Both the position numbers and the translations under genes were made by a program. Shown here in pieces: positions 37,136 through 44,724 of a stretch of DNA of 44,724 nt. The notes beneath the pieces are model-generated. The model was not told where the DNA came from. It saw nothing but the letters and a program-made list of their open reading frames with translations, and made no database searches. Position 1 is the first letter of the stretch; each line of letters begins with the position of its first letter. This stretch comes from Octopus bimaculoides (taxonomy: Eukaryota), in NCBI RefSeq assembly GCF_001194135.2, contig NC_069005.1, positions 15,562,991-15,607,714 of the forward strand, written 5' to 3'.

Positions 37136-37377
37136 TCAACGTGACACAGAGTGTGACAAGGCTGGCCCCTTTGAAATACAGATACAACAGAGAAGGAAGT
37201 GAGAGAAAGTTGCGGTGAAAGAGTACAGCAGGGTTCACCACCACCTACTGCCAGAGCCTCGTGGAACTTTAGGTATTTTTGCTCAATAAACACTCACAAC
37301 GCCCGGTATGGGAATCGAAACCGAGATTCTACGATCGCGAGTCCGCTGCCCTAACTACTGGGCCATTGCGTCTCCAC
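37136..37377 (-). mobile_element. tRNA-derived SINE, family C, fused tail-to-tail with the preceding copy
   Basis: Minus strand tggcccagtagttagggc (A-box) and ggtttcgattccc (B-box). Confidence 0.8.
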
Positions 37378-37821
37378 TATATAGCTAACCACATCGAATG
37401 GTAAGGAATAACCTGGAACTATTTAAGGTAAACAATCCAAATGTGTTTCATCCGATGGGTAAATCCTGGATTCGCTTCGTTGGATTATAGACAGTTTACT
37501 GAGTGTATATCCAAGACAATTTGATTAAATAAAGAGAATTATACATCTACACAGTTTTATTATTACAGTCCTTTATATAGCACATCTAATATAAAGCTCT
37601 GCCCGACATATGTTTCTGGTGCATGGATCTCTCGCAATGTAGTTTTCTTTTGCATCTTGTTTGTTCATCTTCATCTAGATTTCATTCAAGTTAAGCTCAT
37701 GTCTATGCAGCTTTATTCAAGGTGTTGCTACTATTAAAATTTGGAGCGAACTCAAGTATAACTGTTCAGAGAGTCTTACATTTTAGTAAGGTCCTCTATA
37801 GGTCCTCTATCTCAAGCCATA

Positions 37822-38095
37822 TGAATGGCCACACTATGGACAAGTTCAGGAAGGACTTGATAAAAATATTTAAGGAGTTTGGCCTGTCCATAACGGTTAC
37901 CACCAACCTGACTACGGTCGATTTCTTGGACGCAACCTTAGACCTCAATTCGGGAAAGTATTACCCGTACAGGAAGCCTAACGAGGATACAATATACATC
38001 CAAGAGCTCAAACCCCTCCCCTGCTGTAATTAGAAACCTGTTTCCAGGCATTAGGAAATGACTATCTAATCTCTCAGCCAACAGAGAGATCTTGC
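37822..38095 (+). pseudogene. Penelope-like element reverse transcriptase C-terminal/thumb fragment
   Basis: DKFRKDLIKIFKEFGLSITVTTNLTTVDFLDATLDLNSGKYYPYRKPNEDTIYI, then after a frameshift NPSPAVIRNLFPGIRK*LSNLSANREI. FLD-T and PYRKP are PLE RT motifs. Confidence 0.88.
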
Positions 38096-38271
38096 ATGTA
38101 TGTGAATGAAAAACTAGTGTCATGTGTACGCCACATGCGAATGTTAGTTCAATTGCGTCCGATTTCATATACCCCCCCCCCACCACCACCACCACCAGGA
38201 AAACGAAAACAAATGCATAAAGGTCTACTTAGATGAAGTGAATGCTCCACTTTATTGCATATATTTTGTCT

Positions 38272-38610
38272 TTTGTCTTTTACTTATTTCACTCATTAGA
38301 CTGTAGTCATGCTGGGGCACCACCTTGAAGAGATTTTAGTCGAACGAATCGACTCCAGGACTTTCATAAAGCCTGGTATTATTCTACTGAGCTCTTCCGC
38401 CGAACCACCAAGTTACGGGGATGTAAACACACCAACACCGGTTATCAAGCAATGGTGGTAGGGACAAACACAAATACACACAGTTTCAGTTTCCGTCTAC
38501 CAAATCCATTCCCAAAGTTTCGCCAGCCCTAGGCTAAAGTAGAAGAAACACACTTGCCCAAGGTGCCACGTAGTGGAGCTGAACCTGGAACCATGTGGTT
38601 GGGAGGCAGG
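38272..38610 (-). mobile_element. SINE family A
   Basis: Collinear with the reverse complement of 18051-18468. Confidence 0.88.
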
Positions 38611-38931
38611 CAACAAAAAATAATAATTAATAAGCAAGGTACAAATACAGACAAAATAAATTAGGTAACCCCAGAATGGCCACAGTATAGCACCTGTTGT
38701 TACATGGAAGAAAATCTGCCTAGCACAGATAACTTGAGTGAGTTAAATCATGTCACCTGTGGAGTCGATTTAATCTCGTTTAATTAAAATACGCACACAT
38801 ATACATATTCATACACATATACACGTACCCCAACCCTTATCTTTTATCTTTTACTGGTTTCAGCTACAAACCGAAGCCATTCTGGAGCAATATATATATA
38901 TATTATATACACACAAACACACTATATATAA

Positions 38932-38988
<57 letters not shown>

Positions 38989-39109
38989 GTAGGTATATGT
39001 ATATCTTTATTAATATTTAGCAGAAGGAAGAGTGTGAGTGAAGGGCCGAGAGTTTCGTGCGTTGGTACTTATGATATGTGTATATATTTGTGTGTGTGTA
39101 TGTGTGTAT

Positions 39110-39938
39110 GGATCGTTTGTAGAAATACATAAGTCCGGAGGAGAAGCACACTTTAAGATGTAGAGCAGCTTATGTAGGGGCCTGGGTTTTCCAGATATGG
39201 CTGGCCAGCGATGTCACGTATCTCCTTTCCGGGACTCTGAAGGGGACAGATGATTGGAAATATGCTGTTTGAGAGAGTTCCCAATGCACTCCACGTACTT
39301 CTGTGGGTGCGTGATGTCGTTGCGCCTGTTGCTGTTGTTGCTGACGGAACGAAACGGTGCAAGTGATGCACTGTCGAACGCACGAAGATCCTTAAAACTC
39401 GCTCGTGCCAGGGGACATCCTGAACTCCAGGACGGAAATTTTTAGAAAATTCCTGCTGGCCTTTTGGAATTCGCGTGGCGCCACCATAGCCGGAAACCAA
39501 TAGCCAAGGCCGAAGAGAGACAATCGTTTACCTTCGTGGTGTTTTGGTGACCGCAAGATGGCAGCGCGGCCGAAAATCGATGGCAAAGGGAGAGAGGCAC
39601 CTACTGAAATATGAATTCCTATCGGAATTTACATACCATGGACAAGAAGCTTCTTTATCCATTCTACACAGCACATTCCTTGGATAAAGGAACTGCAACT
39701 GTAACATTCAACATATATGTTTATTCTTATATTTTCCTTTATACTTCCTATATCTCTCCCTTTTCAAAATAACTTCTTATTTTGAATCCTACTATTTCCT
39801 TCTGTTTATCTCTATCATATTGTCTCTGATGATGGGATATCCTTTATATCTCTGAAACAGCTGTAAGACTACCTCTCACTTTACAAATGTCCTACAAATT
39901 TCACACTGCCTTGGCTTTGTTGTCTCATTTTATTTAAC
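39110..39938 (+). mobile_element. Unclassified ~830-bp element: CpG-rich 5' part with YY1-like motif, 3' part with a hammerhead motif
   Basis: CpG-rich 39170-39600, caagatggcagc near 39553, hammerhead at 39822-39869. The first ~55 bp are homologous to ~10003-10059. Confidence 0.55.
39822..39869 (+). ncRNA. Type I hammerhead ribozyme candidate, nearly intact
   Basis: Stem I gtct/agac, core CTGATGA and GAAA, stem II gggatat/atatctc, palindromic stem III acagctgt, GUA cleavage triplet (cut after 39865). Confidence 0.75.
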
Positions 39939-39954
39939 ACACACACACATCTAC

Positions 39955-41354
39955 TCAAATTAAAGATGAAAAGTCAGATAAGTTCGACAATTCAAAAGCA
40001 TTACCATATAAACCCAACCAAACGGAGTAGTATAATATATTTAGTGCTTCTCTCATTAAAAAGTTCAATATCGAAACAATACTAAAAATTTCAAAATTAC
40101 AGATACACCAAAAATATTAAAAATATAATAGACATATATGTATGACAAATTATGCGGATCTATAAAATTATGTGAGAAATATATAAACAAATATCAAATG
40201 AATTCTCCAATGGCCATCTCTGGGGAACAGTAATCCTTGTAAATAATAGATGTTCATATCCAAAATTTTAGATAACTGTCTCCATCATCAGGGAGTGTTA
40301 AGAGACGTCACGCCTCCCTTACTATCAGAAAACCTACTTTAGTGCTAGGTTTTATATCTAGTTATACCTATGAGCAGGAGGAGGAATAGTGTAGTAGGAA
40401 TTATGGGAAGTTAATATAGAAAGTATGGTGGGTTCTAAGGAAATGAATAAAATTACACCAAGAGATGGGTGATAAAGTTTGAATATAAGTGTTAGATGGA
40501 ATATGGTCAACCACAGAGTATAACGGTCCGGCTATCTCGTTTGATTAAAATACCTAAAAGATGAATGGTGCTTATGAATACGTGAGTACATGGCGTCGGT
40601 GAATTTATTCAGTAATGAGGAATTTTAACTACAGAGAATATTTTCTGACTCCTTAATTCTGAGCCTACATACTCGTGCGATTGTATTATAAGGAGGGGCC
40701 TGCACCACGATATAGAATATTGTGTATTGTTCAATTTGAAGTCATGTATGTATGTGGCTAGCGTTGTTGAGGATTTATATCTTAAATTATTAAAGGAGTT
40801 CAAGTGAGCCTTGTAGCGACGCTTGAAGTTAACCGTACTTCCTATATAGACCTTAACCCTATTTGTGCCAGGTATCTGGATATAAACATCTATTATTTAC
40901 AAGGATTACTGTTCCTTTTGAAATGGCCAAAGGAGAATTCATTTGATAATTTACCCTGAAAATACAACGAAAATTCAACCTTTATTCTACGAATTATCTA
41001 CTTTATACGCTATACTCTAGACATCTTATTTACTTTACACACTATACTGTGGACATTTTATAATCTTTTTTAACACCGTTTTAAACCTAACCCTTATTAA
41101 TAAGTAGGATCTTTTAGTATGTTTATATATTTGTCACATATTTTCATAGATCTGCATAATTTGTCGTACATATATGTCTATTATATTTTTAATATTTTTG
41201 GTGTATCTGTAATTTTGAAATTTTTTGTATTGTTTCGATATTGAACTTTTTAATGAGAAAAGCACTAAATATACTATACTACTTCTTTTGGCTGGGTTTA
41301 TATTGTAATGCTTTTGAATTGTCGAATCTATCTGACTTTTCATCTTTAATTTGA
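39955..41354 (-). mobile_element. 5'-truncated Penelope-like element with GIY-YIG remnant and inverted terminal (pLTR) copy
   Basis: 39955-40262 and 40878-41354 are inverted copies (the first lacks ~170 bp). The endonuclease remnant lies between them on the minus strand. Confidence 0.85.
40550..40878 (-). pseudogene. Penelope-like GIY-YIG endonuclease C-terminal half
   Basis: QIPGTNRVKVYIGSTVNFKRRYKAHLNSFNNLRYKSSTTLATYIHDFKLNNTQYSISW (YIG at 40848-40840), then frameshifted PPYNTIARVCRL...LLNKF. Confidence 0.88.
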
Positions 41355-41414
41355 AAAAAAATATATATACCTATTGTCTCAGGTTCAATACTTGAGCACA
41401 TCCCAACACTGTCT

Positions 41415-41491
<77 letters not shown>

Positions 41492-41518
41492 TGTGTATGT
41501 ATGTATAAAAGTATATGT

Positions 41519-41557
<39 letters not shown>

Positions 41558-42029
41558 CAAACCGGTTGGGTGAATATAGTTACGTACGAACTAACGAAGC
41601 GTTAGTATGCAGTGTGTATTGGAATGTAATAGAAATTTTACAAGAATCAACTGAACAGTAGCATATGAAATACAAGTAGTTTTTGTTGTTGCAGTTATTT
41701 GTTTGTTTGTTTGTTTGTTTGTTTATTATCGATTTGAAAGACTTGGAAGAGCAGCAGCAGCCACGACTCGTTTCAAGAAAAAGAAAAAGAAAAGAAGAAA
41801 AAAAAAAAGAAGTAAAAAAAATGAAGTTGAAAAAAGACCTGGTGGGAAGATATTGTTTACAGCTGCGTGAACCGAATGTCTGCGATTCCGTTTAAACAGG
41901 GGATTCCCCGGGTGGAATATATTTTACCCCTACTGGGTAAAATTGCTGATTCAGGACTTGTACAGNNNNNNNNNNCCTTTTGCACGGTGTCTGGTGTGTA
42001 TGTGTGTGTGTGTGTGGGGGGGGTGTCTA

Positions 42030-42215
42030 CAGTCAATTTACAAAACTAATAAAATACACAAACAACAAGAGGACGTGCACGAGGAAAGTATTAGTTTGAC
42101 GTCTGGTGAAAAGAGAGAGCCTGACGTTTCGAGCACAGCTCTTCGTTGGAAAAGAGAAAGGGAAAAGTCCAAAGGAAACCAAATCGCCGACAGCACGTGC
42201 GTAGTTACATCGCTG
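42030..42215 (-). mobile_element. Second copy of the 60-270 hammerhead-bearing short element
   Basis: Minus strand ttt-CCAACGA-a-gag-ctgtg-ctc-GAA-acgt-c-agg (42152-42120). Flanks are homologous to 60-270. Confidence 0.65.
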
Positions 42216-42271
42216 AAGTGACCGGAAATAAAGCGATATAGCGTTGCTCGGGGATAAATTGTCATAGTTTC

Positions 42272-42470
42272 TTGTTTTATTTGTTTCGGTCATGTGACTG
42301 CGGCCATGCTGGAGCACCAGTTTTAGTCGAAGAAATTGCCCCAGGATATATTCTTTGCAAGCCTAGTATTTATTCTAACGGTGTGTTTTGCCAAACGGTT
42401 AAGTTACGGGGACGTAAACACAGCATCGGTTGTCAAGCGATGGTGGGGGTGGAAACACAGACACACATAT
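42272..42470 (-). mobile_element. SINE family A, 3' half
   Basis: tttgtttcggtcatgtgactgcggccatgctggagcacc...gttgtcaagcgatggtggggg. Confidence 0.88.
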
Positions 42471-42589
42471 ACATACATATATACATATGCTTACATATAT
42501 ATATCCGTATAAGCATGTATACATATATATATACATATAGATATATATATACATATAATATATATATATACAATATATATACACACACA

Positions 42590-42627
<38 letters not shown>

Positions 42628-43074
42628 CAAATCTATATATATACACGTATATATATACATCTATACATATACATTTATATATATACATANNNNNNNNNNN
42701 NNNNNNNNNNNNNNNNNNNNNNNNNNNNNNNNNNNNNNNNNNNNNNNNNNNNNNNNNNNNNNNNNNNNNNNNNNNNNNNNNNNNNNNNNNNNNNNNNNNN
42801 NNNNNNNNNNNNNNNNNNNNNNNNNNNNNNNNNNNNNNNNNNNNNNNNNNNNNNNNNNNNNNNNNNNNNNNNNNNNNNNNNNNNNNNNNNTACATACATA
42901 CATAATCATACACACATACATACATACATACATACATACATACATACATACATACATACACACACACACATATATATATATATAATTGAGAAATGTGAGA
43001 TATATATGTCAGATAATAGTTTCACTTTAATAGTTTCAGTATTAATAGTAAAACTATTAAACTGAAAGTATCTC

Positions 43075-43286
43075 ACATTACAATGGAGATGTTATGGTTT
43101 CACTTTTGACACATAATACTGAAATAGTGTAAGAGATAAATGATTGCTCAGGGCTCGTATTAGGCAAAAAGTTGAAATTTTTATGGCCCATGACACTGCA
43201 TGGATGCCCAAGTAATGCATGTGTAAAATTTGAATGAAATCGGTTGGGTAGTTCTCGGGTTTTAGTGATGCAGACAGACATTCTCA

Positions 43287-43322
<36 letters not shown>
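43075..43322 (+). mobile_element. Helentron/DINE-1-like non-autonomous element, 3' part
   Basis: aaatttgaatgaaatcggttgggtagttctcgggtt...cagacagacattctcagttttatatata. Confidence 0.55.
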
Positions 43323-43323
<1 letters not shown>

Positions 43324-43399
43324 GTTAAAGCACACACCCTACAAACATGGACTCAAAGCATAAAAAATAATTGCTCACAAACCAGCCACGGGAAATGAA

Positions 43400-43660
43400 C
43401 CAAGCATCTGTTTTTGTCCAGTAATTTTATACATACAGTATCGTATATAATACAAGAAAAATTTATCGTATTGGCAACCACTGAATAATATTTTACATTT
43501 AACTTACAACGTGGAATGTTCCCTTCATCAGCTGCTATTATAGAAATAACGATTTCGACACTCCTTCCGACAGACCCGCACCCTCATGTAGTGTTGAGCC
43601 TCAATGATATCATCACAGAATGTCCGGCTTCTTTAGATTAACACTGTATGTTGAGTTTGC
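43400..43660 (-). mobile_element. Probable Penelope-type 3' end with a decayed hammerhead-like core
   Basis: Minus CTGATGAaggg (43531-43521), with cGATActg (GAAA-like) about 80 nt downstream. Confidence 0.3.
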
Positions 43661-43930
43661 TTCTTCCTTCTATTATATATATAGCTACCACATTAAACCA
43701 GAATCATGTGTATCAGACAATACATATATTGTGTGTACACTGACATATATACACACACAGACAGACATATATGTATAGACGCACATATACTCACACTACA
43801 TGCACACGATCATACACAATCATAAACATAGACATACGTGTATATGATGGTGATGATTGTACAACCAGAAGAAATAGTACTCAATATCGGATGATTTTAA
43901 ATCAGAAAATACGTCCGCGCAAACCTGACA

Positions 43931-43974
<44 letters not shown>

Positions 43975-44115
43975 ATCTGTGTGTGTGTGTGTATCTCTCT
44001 CTCTCACGCACACACGCGCGAGAGAAATCTAAAAACGTAAAAATAAGGTATCATTGGTTTCTATTAAATTTTCGATCTAAACGAATCTTTTCCAAAGTTA
44101 CAGTAGAGCATACAT

Positions 44116-44177
<62 letters not shown>

Positions 44178-44301
44178 TAAATCCGTTTATGGTAACGTTA
44201 AGGATATGCAAATAAAGCTGCTATTTCATTATGCCGGCTACCGTCAGTTTTTCAGGGTTGCTTCATGGTTTTACCGATATAATGTAGGAGAAATATAATA
44301 A

Positions 44302-44691
44302 CAATAATTCTAAGATGGAATTTATAAACATTTTATACATTGCTACGCGCATTTCCAAAATTCACATGACTTTAACATCACCACAAATACCTCCATCCCT
44401 ATGTTACTACCATTCCTTCCTCTACTCCCACCACCTACCTCCCCTACCAAGTATACACAGAAATACCCACATAGCTAGATAGCCTTCATACTAGCAATAA
44501 GGGATAAACATCCCTCTGTGATTCATCCATGAAATGAATCAATGGTAATAATCAACTGGATGCCCACGGATAAATACGGACTATACTGAACTCATCCCAA
44601 GGATACGGACTCTGACGTTAAATTCATGTGATTTGTTGAAACGCGCGTAGCGATGTATTAAATATTTATAAATTCCATCCTAGAATTATTG
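44302..44691. mobile_element. Inverted-repeat element (~79-bp arms) whose arms carry a hammerhead-like motif
   Basis: 44302-44380 is the reverse complement of 44613-44691. The right arm reads CTGACGT...GAA-acgcgcgt-a. Confidence 0.65.
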
Positions 44692-44692
44692 C

Positions 44693-44724
<32 letters not shown>

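Noticed and set aside
37430-37492. Minus-strand hammerhead-like relic (aatcca-acga...gaaacacatt-tggatt)
   Set aside because: It requires assuming a deletion or several substitutions in the core, and stem II does not close on GAAA. Too decayed to call, although it lies near the PLE RT fragment.
41863-41936. Possible exon encoding MSAIPFKQGIPRVEYILPLLG
   Set aside because: Short, weak donor (gtaaaa), no recognisable homology, adjacent to a gap.
409-44180. Most ORF-track entries (YI/HT/CV-rich or X-filled)
   Set aside because: They are translations of (TA)n, (CA)n or (GT)n tracts, N-gaps or SINE bodies, with no domain-like content.

Overview
Eukaryotic, AT-rich, microsatellite-dense genomic DNA with ten N-gaps. 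The repeat families suggest a coleoid cephalopod, probably Octopus (inference; no search was run). No host protein-coding exon can be supported, and almost all ORF-track entries are translations of (TA)n/(CA)n tracts or gaps. The window is a mosaic of tRNA-derived SINEs (at least four families), decayed non-LTR retrotransposons (a 2.4-kb 5'-truncated Tx1/L1-clade copy, RTE, R4/Dong-like and Penelope-like RT and GIY-YIG remnants), pogo/mariner relics and MITEs. Main observations: (1) type-I hammerhead-ribozyme-like motifs from several unrelated short element families, one nearly intact at 39822-39869; (2) a Penelope-like insertion whose inverted terminal copy starts at the predicted ribozyme cleavage site; (3) a 462-bp foldback element sharing modules with the ribozyme-bearing 39-kb element; (4) a 100-nt pre-miRNA-like hairpin at 22730-22829; (5) a CpG-decay boundary at about 24.3 kb that coincides with a promoter-like island. 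Repeat boundaries were read by eye and are approximate.
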